In this document: piece after piece, positions 16,862 through 26,783 of the stretch
How the letters are laid out: the number at the start of each line of letters is the position of its first letter
Position numbering within the stretch: the first letter of the stretch is position 1
DNA from: Aliarcobacter sp.
Lineage (GTDB): Bacteria > Campylobacterota > Campylobacteria > Campylobacterales > Arcobacteraceae
Direction of reading: 5' to 3'
Assembly (NCBI GenBank): GCA_023268955.1
Contig: JALRJW010000176.1
Coordinates: 1 to 29,458 of the forward strand
DNA length: 29,458 nucleotides
Notes under the pieces: model-generated
Seen by the model: only the letters and a program-made list of their open reading frames with translations
What the model was told of the DNA's origin: nothing
The model's database searches: none
Made by a program: the position numbers and the translations under genes

Positions 16862-18592
16862 ATCATCATACTCTTGAGTTAACTCTTCAAGTTTAATCTG
16901 TAAATCTAAAAGTTTAGATTCTAAACTTGCCTTGTCATTTCCACTAGCAGATGAAATTTTTTCTTCATACTCCTGAATCTCTTTTTTTATAGGAGCTAAA
17001 GCTTGACTTTTTTGGGCAACCATTGCTGCTCTAAGTCTTTTTCTCTCTTTTTTATCAAGTTTTGGCTTTTGAACCTTTGGTTTTTCTTTTTTATTATCAG
17101 ATGTTTCTTCATCGTCCCAACCAATCTTTTCTAAGAATTCATCATAAGTTCCATTGAAATAATCAGCTTCATCATTTCTAAATACAATTAATCTATCACA
17201 AACTTCTCTTAATAACTCTTCTGAGTGCGTTACAATTATACAAGAACCAGCGAATGCTTTTATAGCATTTGTCAATGCTTTGATTGAATCAATATCCAAG
17301 TGGTTTGTAGGTTCATCTAGAAATAGTAAATTTACATCTTGAGCGATAATTTTACCAAGCATTACCCTACTCTTTTCTCCCCCTGATAAAAGTGAAATTT
17401 TCTTTTTAGCGTTATCACCACTAAACATCATAATTCCACAGATATTTCTAATAAATGGTTCAGGAAGTTTATTGTTTACAGAGTGAATCTCTTCTAAAAT
17501 TGTATGGTCTTGATTTAAGTGAGAAATGTTTGTTTGTCCAAAGTGTCCAAATTCACAACTAGGATGAAAATCAACAGTTCCTGTTAATTGTTTTAATTCA
17601 CCAGCTAAAACATTTAAAAGTGTAGATTTACCCTTACCATTTTTACCTATAATTCCTAAAGTTTCACCTTTACTTAAAGCAAAAGTAATGTCTTTGAAAA
17701 GAATATTACTTTTTTCATATCCAAAACTCACATCTTTTACTTCAAGCAAAAACTTAGCAGAAGTATCTTTATAGTTAAAATCAAATTTTAAATCAGTTGC
17801 ATAATCTAAATCTTCTAAAATATCCATTTTTTCTAAAATTTTAACTTTAGATTGAGCCAAAGTTGCAGTTGCTGCTCTTGCTTTATTTTTTGCAATAAAC
17901 TCTTCAAGCTCTTTAACTTTTTTGTCTTGAGCAATTTTTTGCTTCTCATAATGCTCTTCATTAGCTGCAAGTTGCTCATAAAACTTTTGAGTTCCACCTT
18001 GTATTAAAAAAGCACTTCTTCTAATAATTCCTAAAGTATGAGTACAAACACTATCCATAAAATCTCTATCGTGAGTGATTAAAATAACTTCACCAGGAAA
18101 AGATTTCAAGAAAGCTTTTAGCCATCTAATTGATAAAATATCAAGGTAGTTAGTAGGCTCATCAAGTAAAAGCATATTTGGTTCAGTTAACAAAAGTTTT
18201 GCTAAATTAATTCTAATTTGATAACCACCTGAAAAAGAGTTTGGCTCTTTTTGTAAATCAGCTTCACTAAATCCAAGACCAAAAAGAATCTTTTCAGCTT
18301 TATAAATATTATATTTATCATCTTCACTTAAAGCTAAAGCTGTTTCATCAATCAATGTTTTTTCTGTAAAGTTAAAATATTGTTTTAAAGCACCAATCTT
18401 ATAACCTTTTGGAATAGCAATCTCTCCTGAATCAGCTTGTTCTTCACCTAAAATAAGTTTAAAAAGCGTTGATTTACCAGTACCGTTTCTTCCAACTAGA
18501 CCTATTTTATTACCAGAATTTAGTCTTAAACTTAGTTCACTATATAGCTGACTTGTTGGATAACCTTTTGATATGTTTATTAGTTCAATCAT
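16844..18592 (-). CDS. ABC-F family ribosome-associated ATPase
   Basis: Two NBDs (GRNGTGKST/FSGG/LLLDEPTNYLD and GKNGKGKST/LSGGE/FLDEPTNHLD), helical inter-NBD linker, C-terminal coiled coil, no TM segments. Confidence 0.93.
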   Translation of the reverse strand: MIELINISKGYPTSQLYSELSLRLNSGNKIGLVGRNGTGKSTLFKLILGEEQADSGEIAIPKGYKIGALKQYFNFTEKTLIDETALALSEDDKYNIYKAEKILFGLGFSEADLQKEPNSFSGGYQIRINLAKLLLTEPNMLLLDEPTNYLDILSIRWLKAFLKSFPGEVILITHDRDFMDSVCTHTLGIIRRSAFLIQGGTQKFYEQLAANEEHYEKQKIAQDKKVKELEEFIAKNKARAATATLAQSKVKILEKMDILEDLDYATDLKFDFNYKDTSAKFLLEVKDVSFGYEKSNILFKDITFALSKGETLGIIGKNGKGKSTLLNVLAGELKQLTGTVDFHPSCEFGHFGQTNISHLNQDHTILEEIHSVNNKLPEPFIRNICGIMMFSGDNAKKKISLLSGGEKSRVMLGKIIAQDVNLLFLDEPTNHLDIDSIKALTNAIKAFAGSCIIVTHSEELLREVCDRLIVFRNDEADYFNGTYDEFLEKIGWDDEETSDNKKEKPKVQKPKLDKKERKRLRAAMVAQKSQALAPIKKEIQEYEEKISSASGNDKASLESKLLDLQIKLEELTQEYDDKLNEI

Positions 18593-18615
18593 AAAAAATC
18601 TTTTGTGGGAATTTG

Positions 18616-18642
18616 AAAAAATGGCAAAGAATTGCCATTTTT
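18616..18642 (-). terminator. Intrinsic terminator after dapD
   Basis: Minus strand AAAAATGGCAA-ttct-TTGCCATTTTTT, 11-bp stem ending in a U-tract, 22 nt after the dapD stop. Confidence 0.75.
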
Positions 18643-18664
18643 ATATAGTTTATTTTAATTAAAA

Positions 18665-19852
18665 TTAATGTAGGTCTGCGTTTAACTTAACTTCTCTAGT
18701 CGATCTCATAGCTACTGTTTGACCAGTTTGAGAATTAACTCTGAAGTGTACTCCATTTATATCTTGGAAATCACTTCCTTTCATTATTGTAGAAATCTCT
18801 TTACCTGGATTAATCTCTTTAAGTGCAGCTACTGCTTTTTCTGATAAAGAAATTTTTGTTCCTGGTAAAATAGTCACACCAGCATCTAAGATACAAGAAT
18901 CAGCAATAGAAGTACCTGTACAAGAGTTAGCACCTAATAATGTGTTATCTCCAATAGTAACAGGAACACCATCTGTTCCACTTAATACTCCAAGAATTGA
19001 AGCACCACCACCAACATCAGAACCTTTTCCTACTTTTGCACTTGATGAAATTCTTCCTTCAACCATAACAGCACCTTCAGTTCCTGCATTAAAATTAACA
19101 TAAGCAGCACCAGGCATAACAGTTGTTCCAGCTGCTAATTGAGCACCCATTCTAACTTTGTTTGTATCTAAGATTCTTGTGTTATCAGCAGGAATTACGT
19201 GATCTAAGAATTGTGGGAATTTATCAACTTTTGTGATTGATGGATATTTTCCTGATAATTTTAATGCAATTTCATTTGCTCTTAACCAGTCTAATTCAAT
19301 TGGTTGATTTCCAACCCATGCACAGTTATGTAATTGACCAAATGCACCATTTAAATTTAAACTTCTTAATGCAGCTTTTCCTGTTGATAAAGCGTATAAT
19401 TTTAAATATACAGTTTCAGGGCTTTGTGGAGCTTCATCTTCAAAAATAAATACAACTCTATAATCATCAGCAGTTAATCCTGAATCAATAGGTAATGAAG
19501 CTAAAGTTGAAATAACTTGTACATTTTTATGATCTTCACCTTTTGCTTCAGGAATATATGGTCTAAACGCCTCAATACATTCAGTTAAGAAAGTATCTGA
19601 AAGTTTACAAACTAATTCAGATTTTGAAGTATCAACGTTTTCACCTGCAATTTTTAATGCATTTAATAAAATAGCTGCACTACCAAAGTTTTCGTTCCAG
19701 TTAATTAATGGATAGTTTGCTTGTAAAACTTTTTCTTTGTTTAATTGACCTCTGTCAATTTTTGCAATACCAAATCCGATTGGATTTCTATACCATGATT
19801 GTGCTTGAATATCTTCTACTAATTTTTTAAATTCATCTTTTGTATAAGCCAT
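18665..19852 (-). CDS. dapD: 2,3,4,5-tetrahydropyridine-2,6-dicarboxylate N-succinyltransferase (long form)
   Basis: YLKLYALS, DKFPQFLDHVIP, VRMGAQLAAGTTVMPG.YVNFNAGT, MVEGRISS...VG.GSDVGGGASILG.LSG, GANS. Confidence 0.93.
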   Translation of the reverse strand: MAYTKDEFKKLVEDIQAQSWYRNPIGFGIAKIDRGQLNKEKVLQANYPLINWNENFGSAAILLNALKIAGENVDTSKSELVCKLSDTFLTECIEAFRPYIPEAKGEDHKNVQVISTLASLPIDSGLTADDYRVVFIFEDEAPQSPETVYLKLYALSTGKAALRSLNLNGAFGQLHNCAWVGNQPIELDWLRANEIALKLSGKYPSITKVDKFPQFLDHVIPADNTRILDTNKVRMGAQLAAGTTVMPGAAYVNFNAGTEGAVMVEGRISSSAKVGKGSDVGGGASILGVLSGTDGVPVTIGDNTLLGANSCTGTSIADSCILDAGVTILPGTKISLSEKAVAALKEINPGKEISTIMKGSDFQDINGVHFRVNSQTGQTVAMRSTREVKLNADLH

Positions 19853-19909
19853 AAGTTCTCCTAAAATTTTTGAGATTATACTATAAGTTAAACAAATAAA
19901 ACTTTAAGC

Positions 19910-21757
19910 CTAAAAAATAGTGTCCATATCAATAGAAGCCATAAGTGAATCTACAGAGTGTAAAGCCTGCAAAAGGGCTTTTACATTTGAGGAACGTAGT
20001 AAAATTTCATATCTGTATTTATTAGATAATTTGAAAATTGGACTTTGTCCAAAACCAACAACTTCAATATTTTCTAATCTTTTTAGAAGTGCCACATACT
20101 TATCGAGTTCATCTTTAACTTTTAAGCCATTTGTATGGGCAAATGTAATTCTTGCCATTTTAACACTTGGTGGATAAAGCTCATGCCTAAACTCTACTTC
20201 ACCCTCTAAAAACTCTTTATAATCACTTTTTAATAAATAATGTGAAAAAAACTCTTCATTTTTTGTTTGAATAATAACTTCCCCATCATCTTTTCTACCA
20301 CTTCTTCCAGCAATTTGAATAAGTAAAGACAGAGCTTTTTCTCTAGATTTATATGAATTCATATTTAAAACAGAATCAATCCCTAAAACAACTGCAAGCT
20401 TTACATTATGATAATCATGCCCCTTTGAAAGCATTTGAGTCCCAACTAAAATATCAATTTTATTGTTATTAAAATCATTTAAAATATCTTTTAATTGTTT
20501 ATCAGTTTTTACAATATCCCTATCAAATCTTTTGATTATTTTATCTTTGAAAATATCTTGCAACTCTTCTTGAATTTGAGCAGTTCCAACTCTTAAATTA
20601 TGAATAATTCCCGTTTGACATGAAGGACATGAGCTTGGAATTTGTTGAGCATAACCACAATAATGGCACTTTAAAGCTAAATCATTTTTATGTAAACTCA
20701 TTGAAACAGAACAAAATGGACATTCAACTGATTTTCCACACGAAGTACATATCTGATATTTGTAATTCGCCCTAGTTGGTAAAAAAACGATTATTTGTTT
20801 TTGTTCATTTAAAACTGCTTTGATTTTGTTGATAATGTTTTCAGATAGATTAGCATCACTATCATCAAAATAATAGTTTTTATTTGAATTAAAATATGTT
20901 TTCGTAAGCCTAAAATATGGCAGTTTTGTAAAACTTCCTAAAGAAGCTGTAGCACTTCCAAGTATAAGTTGAATATCATATTTTTTAGCTATATAAATAC
21001 TTAAATCTTTTGCATTTAATCTAGGCTTTGAATCATTTTTATAAGAATCATCATGCTCTTCATCAACAATAATGCAAGATAAGTTTTTATATGGTAAAAA
21101 TAGTGCTGATCTAGCTCCTGCAATAAGCTTTATTTTTCCACTTAAAAGTTTTGTTAAGATTTCATCTTTTTTCTTTTTTGATATTTTAGAGTGCCATATA
21201 GCAACACTATCGCAAAATACTTTTTCTAATCTTTTTTGCATTTGAGGAGTTAAAGATATCTCAGGCATCAGTAAAACTGCTTGACCATTATTGTTTAAAT
21301 GTTTTTCAATAGTCTTGATATAAATCTCTGTTTTACCAGCACCAGTTGCTGCAAAAAGTAGTGCTTGTCTTTTCTCATTTAAAAAATCAAAAGCATCATT
21401 TTGTTCTTTAGAAAGTTCAATACCACTGTGAAATTTTAAATCTTCTTTTAAATCATCAATTTCACTATTAAAAGGTGTATAAACACTTAAAGCTTCACCA
21501 ATACTACATACATAATATTGAGAAATAAACTTGGCTGTTTCAATCATTTTTTCATCAAAATAGTAGCTTGAGATTTCTTCTATTTGTGAGCATTTAAAAG
21601 ATGGTTCTTCAACTTTTTTAAGGACAACTGCATCATCAGTTTTTTTTCTATTTCTTAAAGAAATTTTAACTAATTGCCCAATATTTAGTTCATCATTACT
21701 TTGAAAAGTCAATAGATTTAGAGGAGATTTTAAAAGTGCTAATTCATAATAAAACAT
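19910..21757 (-). CDS. priA: Primosomal protein N' (replication restart helicase)
   Basis: ATGAGKTEIY, LMPEISLTPQ, GARSALFLP, DEEHD, four CxxC zinc knuckles, GTQMLSKGHDY, QIAGRSGR. Confidence 0.97.
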   Translation of the reverse strand: MFYYELALLKSPLNLLTFQSNDELNIGQLVKISLRNRKKTDDAVVLKKVEEPSFKCSQIEEISSYYFDEKMIETAKFISQYYVCSIGEALSVYTPFNSEIDDLKEDLKFHSGIELSKEQNDAFDFLNEKRQALLFAATGAGKTEIYIKTIEKHLNNNGQAVLLMPEISLTPQMQKRLEKVFCDSVAIWHSKISKKKKDEILTKLLSGKIKLIAGARSALFLPYKNLSCIIVDEEHDDSYKNDSKPRLNAKDLSIYIAKKYDIQLILGSATASLGSFTKLPYFRLTKTYFNSNKNYYFDDSDANLSENIINKIKAVLNEQKQIIVFLPTRANYKYQICTSCGKSVECPFCSVSMSLHKNDLALKCHYCGYAQQIPSSCPSCQTGIIHNLRVGTAQIQEELQDIFKDKIIKRFDRDIVKTDKQLKDILNDFNNNKIDILVGTQMLSKGHDYHNVKLAVVLGIDSVLNMNSYKSREKALSLLIQIAGRSGRKDDGEVIIQTKNEEFFSHYLLKSDYKEFLEGEVEFRHELYPPSVKMARITFAHTNGLKVKDELDKYVALLKRLENIEVVGFGQSPIFKLSNKYRYEILLRSSNVKALLQALHSVDSLMASIDMDTIF

Positions 21758-21760
21758 ATT

Positions 21761-21976
21761 TTACGAAAATCTTTTTAATTTATCGTCAATTTTTTGAATC
21801 TCATCTTTAAATTGGTTGTACTCTTTTGAAAGTTTTATAAAAGCTGCAAACAAATCTTTTGTAGTATTATTTTTATTTTGATCTAAATGTCTTAATAACT
21901 CATCTTTAATATTTTCTTCTAAACTTACTGTATATCCTAGATTATCTATAATAAAAGTTACTTCTTCTTTTTTCAA
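21761..21976 (-). CDS. Small protein, ZapA-like (TTG start)
   Basis: SD AAAGGT; N-terminal beta-hairpin pattern EVTFIIDNLGYTVSL, then helices ending in a coiled coil. Confidence 0.45.
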   Translation of the reverse strand: MKKEEVTFIIDNLGYTVSLEENIKDELLRHLDQNKNNTTKDLFAAFIKLSKEYNQFKDEIQKIDDKLKRFS

Positions 21977-21995
21977 ATATTAAACCTTTAATTAT

Positions 21996-22187
21996 TTACT
22001 TTTTTTCTAATAGCGTTAGTGTGCTATCAATTTTTAAGAACATATCTTGATTGTTTCTTTTTAATGAATCGTTTTCATCTTTTACCAACTCTAACTGCAT
22101 TTTTAATTTCTGATTTTCAGCTAGTAAAAAATTATACTCTTCTATAAGTTTATCAACTTTGATATTTAGACTTTTTGTTGCATTCAT
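21996..22187 (-). CDS. Small coiled-coil protein, ZapB-like
   Basis: 63-aa continuous heptad pattern (LNIKVDKLIEEYNFLLAENQKLKMQLELVKDENDSLKRNN). Confidence 0.5.
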   Translation of the reverse strand: MNATKSLNIKVDKLIEEYNFLLAENQKLKMQLELVKDENDSLKRNNQDMFLKIDSTLTLLEKK

Positions 22188-22192
22188 GTCGT

Positions 22193-22200
22193 ATTTTATC
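22193..22200 (-). promoter_or_regulatory. Candidate -10 (gaTAAAAT) 5 nt before the ATG at 22187, leaderless configuration
   Basis: Minus strand reads GATAAAAT-acgac-ATG; no SD. Confidence 0.5.
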
Positions 22201-22281
22201 TAAAATATTTGCTAAATAAATTTAATCGTTAAAGATTTTGTAACTTTTTTTAATTATAATTCTCAAATAACAAGGAGTATC

Positions 22282-22581
22282 ATGTCAAAATCAGCACATA
22301 ATAGATTCAAAATCATATCAATTTTTGAAGGAATTTCATACTTAATCTTGGTATTCATAGCTATGCCTATAAAATATTTGGGTGATAATCCAATTCCTGT
22401 AAAATTTGTAGGTATGGGTCATGGAGTTTTATTTATAATTTTTTGCATATTTTTATTTGAAGTAACAATAAAAAACTCATGGAATAAAAGTTTTTCATTT
22501 AAAATGTTTGTTTTATCTTTATTTCCATTTGGTTTTTTACTAATTGATAAAGATATAAAAAATCCAGATATTCAAGGATAG
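22282..22581 (+). CDS. DUF3817 family membrane protein
   Basis: RFKIISIFEGISYLILVFIAMP.KY...G..HG.LF..F...W...LSLFPFG; SD AAGGAG; TATAAT at 22255-22260. Confidence 0.85.
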   Translation: MSKSAHNRFKIISIFEGISYLILVFIAMPIKYLGDNPIPVKFVGMGHGVLFIIFCIFLFEVTIKNSWNKSFSFKMFVLSLFPFGFLLIDKDIKNPDIQG

Positions 22582-22584
22582 AAA

Positions 22585-23058
22585 TTGATATTCGAACCTG
22601 GTTTTTTAGGAACAAAAGCACCATTATTTATGGATATAATCACTATCTTTTTTGCAGTGATGCCTATAATACTTTTAATTAGCGTAAGTTTTGCAAAAGC
22701 AAAAAATTACAAACTTCATTTTGCTTCACAAGCTATAGCTTTAGCATTAGCACTTGTAATAACTGTTTTCTTTGAAGTTTGCGTTAGAATTTCTGGTGGC
22801 TTTTTAGAGTGGTCTAAAAATGCAAACGTTAATTACGATTTTATTTTAACATTTTTAGTTATTCATATTTTTATAGCTATTTTAGCTGTTGGTGGTTGGT
22901 TATATCTATTTATTTCTTCATATAAAAGATATAAAGCTTTAGGTTATGAAGGTTTTAAAAACACAAACCACAAAAAAATCGGTTTATCAATCTTTTTAGC
23001 TTTAACTATAAGTTCTGCAATGGGCGTTTATATTTACTACGCCCTATTTATTTATTAA
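22585..23058 (+). CDS. DUF420 family membrane protein (TTG start)
   Basis: Four TMs with conserved-looking His residues (KLHF, LVIHIFIA, HKKIG), FFEV; SD AAGGA. Confidence 0.8.
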   Translation: MIFEPGFLGTKAPLFMDIITIFFAVMPIILLISVSFAKAKNYKLHFASQAIALALALVITVFFEVCVRISGGFLEWSKNANVNYDFILTFLVIHIFIAILAVGGWLYLFISSYKRYKALGYEGFKNTNHKKIGLSIFLALTISSAMGVYIYYALFIY

Positions 23059-23393
23059 ACTGATATTACACCTTTTGAGTCTTTAAGCCATGAGCTTAAT
23101 AACTCACCTGTGTAATAAATCTGCATATCACAAGATTTTAAGTTTTCCATTACACCTAAATTCTCAGCACATTTTTGACAAGCAGTTACTTTAACTCCAT
23201 CTTTAATCATCGCTTTTACTTTAGCTGCAACTTCAACATCATTTGCAATTAATTGTTGAGAAGCACCCCAAATCAATATCTCAACACCATCCATCCAGCC
23301 TAATTTAACTGCATTGTGAGCGTATAAGCAAACCATATTCATAGCTGTTTCTTTATTATCAGTTGTCCATAAGATTTTTGCAATATTTGCCAT
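23055..23393 (-). CDS. DsrE family protein
   Basis: VEILIWGAS, GVKVTACQKCAENLGV; 112 aa. Confidence 0.85.
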   Translation of the reverse strand: MANIAKILWTTDNKETAMNMVCLYAHNAVKLGWMDGVEILIWGASQQLIANDVEVAAKVKAMIKDGVKVTACQKCAENLGVMENLKSCDMQIYYTGELLSSWLKDSKGVISV

Positions 23394-23517
23394 ATTAAAT
23401 TCCCTATCCTTTGCTTTTATTTAAAATATGTAGAATGTAAAATATCTGCCAATAAATATACCATTAAAAGTAAAAAAATAATCTTATTGTAGCTAAAAGT
23501 TTTCATATTTATTTTGA

Positions 23518-23934
23518 CTAAAAAACAAAAGCAATATCAGTTATGCCAATATTATAAATATTTACTTTTACACCACTGCTATCTAAAATACTATAAGAAA
23601 TAATTAGCTCATTTGGATTTTGAATTTCAGAATTAAGCTCTACAAACTCTTTGTATTTATCATAATCTATAATGCTATAAATAAACATAGCTTTTTCTTT
23701 AAATTGTTTATTATTTATGTATCTATCATAAACTTCAGCATATTGATCTTTGTCATATTTATCATAAAAATTCTTTTTATACATCTCTTCACAATAATCT
23801 TTTTTAGAAAAATCTTTTGTATCCCAAAGATTGTAATCAGGGGCAATCAAAGCTTCTAAATCAGGATGTATTTCAAAAAAATTGTATTTTATATAACCAT
23901 TCTCATTTGATATTTCATGTGTTGTTTTAATCAT
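23518..23934 (-). CDS. Hypothetical soluble protein, Tyr/Asp/Lys rich
   Basis: SD AAAGGT and extended -10 TGCTAAAAT (23960-23968, minus); no family recognised. Confidence 0.7.
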   Translation of the reverse strand: MIKTTHEISNENGYIKYNFFEIHPDLEALIAPDYNLWDTKDFSKKDYCEEMYKKNFYDKYDKDQYAEVYDRYINNKQFKEKAMFIYSIIDYDKYKEFVELNSEIQNPNELIISYSILDSSGVKVNIYNIGITDIAFVF

Positions 23935-24001
23935 CAGTAACCTTTATTTTGTGTATTGAATTTTAGCATATATGGATTTTAAGAGATATAAAAATTAGCA
24001 T

Positions 24002-24034
24002 AAAAAAAAGGGAAGTGATAAACACTTCCCTTTT
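24002..24034 (-). terminator. Intrinsic terminator after acnB
   Basis: Minus strand AAAAGGGAAGTG-tttat-CACTTCCCTTTTTTTT, 12-bp stem with 8-U tract. Confidence 0.9.
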
Positions 24035-24055
24035 AATTTAGATATATAGATAAAA

Positions 24056-26632
24056 TTATCTAGAAGTAACTAGAGTAGTTAATTCCTCTGAAGAAACTTG
24101 GTGGAAGTTTAAGTATTTATAAACACCATCTTTGTTTGAATCGTTGATTTTAGCAGCAACAATATCCATATATTCTTGAACAGTTGGTAATTTACCTAAT
24201 AATGCAGCAACAGCAGCAACTTCAGCAGAACCTAAATAAACTTTAGAATTTTTACCTAATCTGTTATCAAAGTTTCTAGTTGAAGTAGAGAATACTGTTG
24301 AACCTTCAGAAACTTGTGCTTGGTTACCCATACATAATGAACAACCAGGAATTTCAATTCTAGCACCAGCAGCAGCGAATGCAGCGTAGTAACCTTCTTG
24401 AGTTAATTGAGCTTCATCCATTTTTGTTGGAGGAGCAACCCATAACTTAGCCTTAGCAACACCTTCACCTTTTAATACTTCACCTAATGCTCTGAATAAT
24501 CCGATGTTAGTCATACAAGAACCTACGAATACTTCATCAATATTTTTTGGTCTTGAATCATCAGCTAAGATTTCAGATAATTTAGCAACATCATCTGGAT
24601 CGTTTGGACAAGCTAAGATTGGCTCTTTGATTTCATCTAAGTTAATTTCAATTACAGCTGAATACTCTGCATCTGCATCTGGCTCTAATAACTCAGGATT
24701 TGCTAACCATGCTCTCATTTTGTCAGCTCTTCTTTGTAACGTTTTAGCGTCTTCATAACCTTCAGCAATCATTTTTTCAATTAATGCAATGTTAGAGTTT
24801 AAGTATTCAATAATTGGCTCTTTGTTTAATTGAACAGAACAAGCTGCTGCTGATCTTTCAGCTGATGCATCAGATAATTCGAATGCTTGCTCAACTTTTA
24901 AATCTGGTAAACCTTGAATTTCAATGATTTTTCCAGCAAATACGTTCTTTTTGTTTTTCTTAGGAACTGTTAATAATCCATCTTGAATTGCTTGGTATGG
25001 AATAGCATTAACTAAGTCTCTTAAAGTGATACCTGGTTGCATTGTTCCTGTGAATTTAACTAATACAGATTCTGGCATAGTTAAAGGCATCATACCTGTA
25101 ACACCTGCAAATGCAATAAGACCTGATCCAGCTGGGAATGAAATACCAATTGGGAATCTTGTATGAGAATCTCCACCAGTACCTACAGTATCTGGTAAAC
25201 ATAATCTATTTAACCATGAGTGAATAACACCGTCACCTGGCTTAAGTGTAACTCCACCTCTTGAGTTGATGAAATCTGGTAATGTATGTCTTAAGTTAAT
25301 ATCTGCTGGTTTTGGGTAAGCAGCTGTGTGACAGAATGATTGCATAACCATATCAGCACCAAATGATAATGCTGCTAATTCTTTAATCTCATCTCTTGTC
25401 ATTGGTCCAGTTGTATCTTGTGATCCAACAGTAGTTGCGATTGGCTCAACATACATACCTGGTTTAATACCTTCAACACCACAAGCTTTTCCAACCATTT
25501 TTTGTGCTTGAGTAAATCCTTTACCGTTATCTGCTGGTTGCTCAGGAGCTAAGAACATATCAGATGCTGCTAATCCTAAAGCTTCTCTTGCTTTTGCAGT
25601 TAAACCTTTACCAATAATTAATGGAATTCTTCCACCTGCTCTCATTTCATCTGTTAATGTATTTGGAGCTAAAGAGAATGTAGAAACAACTTGTCCATCT
25701 TTTACGATTTCACCAGCATATGGTTTTAAAGTAATAACATCACCAGTTTCAATTGAATCAACGTTAGCTTGAATTGGTAAACATCCTGAATCTTCTGCAG
25801 TATTGAAGAAAATTGGAGCAATAATAGAACCAATTACAACACCACCTGTTCTTTTATTTGGAACACCTGGAATATCTCTACCCATGTGCCATTGAACAGA
25901 GTTGATACCTGATTTTCTTGAAGAACCAGTTCCAACAACATCACCAACGTATGCTAAAGGATGTCCTTTTTGTTTTAAAGTTTCCATCATTTCTAATGGT
26001 TTTTCCATTCTAGATTGTAACATTGCTGTTGCGTGTAATGGAATATCAGCTCTTGTAAATGCAACTGTTGCAGGAGATAAATCATCTGTATTAGTTTCAC
26101 CAGGAATTTTGTATACTGTTAAAGTAATTTCTTCTTCTAAAGCAGGTTTGTTTGTGAACCACTCAGCATTTGCCCATGACTCGATAACTTCTTTAGCTTT
26201 AGCATTACCAGCATCCATTAATTCTTTTACATCATTAAATGAGTTATAAACTAAAATTGTGTTTTTTAATTGCTCAGCAGCAGCATCTGCAACTTCAGCA
26301 ACTTTTAAAGCTTCTACTAATGGTGGTACGTTGTATCCTCCCATCATTGTTCCTAAAATTTCAATAGCATCAACTTTTGAAATTACAGAACAAGAAACAT
26401 TTCCTTGAACGATATCATTTAAAAAAGCAGCTTTAACATAAGCAGCATCATCAACACCTGGGTTAACTTTGTTTTTGAATAAATTTAAACAATACTCAGC
26501 TTCAACAACTGAATCAGATTTTAATAATTCAACTAACTCTGCAGTTTGTGCAGCAGTCAAAGCTAATGGAGGTAATCCACCTTGACTTTGTCTTTCTTCC
26601 GTGTGTGCTTTATAATCAGCAATTAAACTCAT
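24056..26632 (-). CDS. acnB: Aconitate hydratase B / 2-methylisocitrate dehydratase
   Basis: N-terminal HEAT-like domain, [74 protein letters not shown]. Confidence 0.99.
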   Translation of the reverse strand: MSLIADYKAHTEERQSQGGLPPLALTAAQTAELVELLKSDSVVEAEYCLNLFKNKVNPGVDDAAYVKAAFLNDIVQGNVSCSVISKVDAIEILGTMMGGYNVPPLVEALKVAEVADAAAEQLKNTILVYNSFNDVKELMDAGNAKAKEVIESWANAEWFTNKPALEEEITLTVYKIPGETNTDDLSPATVAFTRADIPLHATAMLQSRMEKPLEMMETLKQKGHPLAYVGDVVGTGSSRKSGINSVQWHMGRDIPGVPNKRTGGVVIGSIIAPIFFNTAEDSGCLPIQANVDSIETGDVITLKPYAGEIVKDGQVVSTFSLAPNTLTDEMRAGGRIPLIIGKGLTAKAREALGLAASDMFLAPEQPADNGKGFTQAQKMVGKACGVEGIKPGMYVEPIATTVGSQDTTGPMTRDEIKELAALSFGADMVMQSFCHTAAYPKPADINLRHTLPDFINSRGGVTLKPGDGVIHSWLNRLCLPDTVGTGGDSHTRFPIGISFPAGSGLIAFAGVTGMMPLTMPESVLVKFTGTMQPGITLRDLVNAIPYQAIQDGLLTVPKKNKKNVFAGKIIEIQGLPDLKVEQAFELSDASAERSAAACSVQLNKEPIIEYLNSNIALIEKMIAEGYEDAKTLQRRADKMRAWLANPELLEPDADAEYSAVIEINLDEIKEPILACPNDPDDVAKLSEILADDSRPKNIDEVFVGSCMTNIGLFRALGEVLKGEGVAKAKLWVAPPTKMDEAQLTQEGYYAAFAAAGARIEIPGCSLCMGNQAQVSEGSTVFSTSTRNFDNRLGKNSKVYLGSAEVAAVAALLGKLPTVQEYMDIVAAKINDSNKDGVYKYLNFHQVSSEELTTLVTSR

Positions 26633-26667
26633 ATAGTATCTCCTATCTAATTTTGAAAGTTTGACTG

Positions 26668-26676
26668 ATTATATCA
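26668..26676 (-). promoter_or_regulatory. Extended -10 for acnB (TGATATAAT)
   Basis: Exact TGnTATAAT 35 nt upstream of the acnB ATG; SD AGGAG. Confidence 0.7.
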
Positions 26677-26783
26677 TAACACCTAATAAAACACTTGTAC
26701 AATTATTGTATTTAAAGCTCAAGTTTAATATTATGTAAACAAAAGTTACACTATTGCTACGATTAGCCCCAAAACTTATATTT

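Noticed and set aside
19237-20177. 70-aa and 85-aa plus-strand ORFs
   Set aside because: Shadows of dapD and priA.
19853-22281. 6S RNA near the ZapA-like gene, as in many proteobacteria
   Set aside because: Only 3 nt separate the ZapA-like gene from priA; no intergenic space or long hairpin fits.
23620-23859. 79-aa hydrophobic plus-strand ORF
   Set aside because: Antisense to the 138-aa gene, which has the promoter and SD support.
24504-26249. 84-aa and 115-aa plus-strand ORFs
   Set aside because: Shadows of highly conserved acnB.
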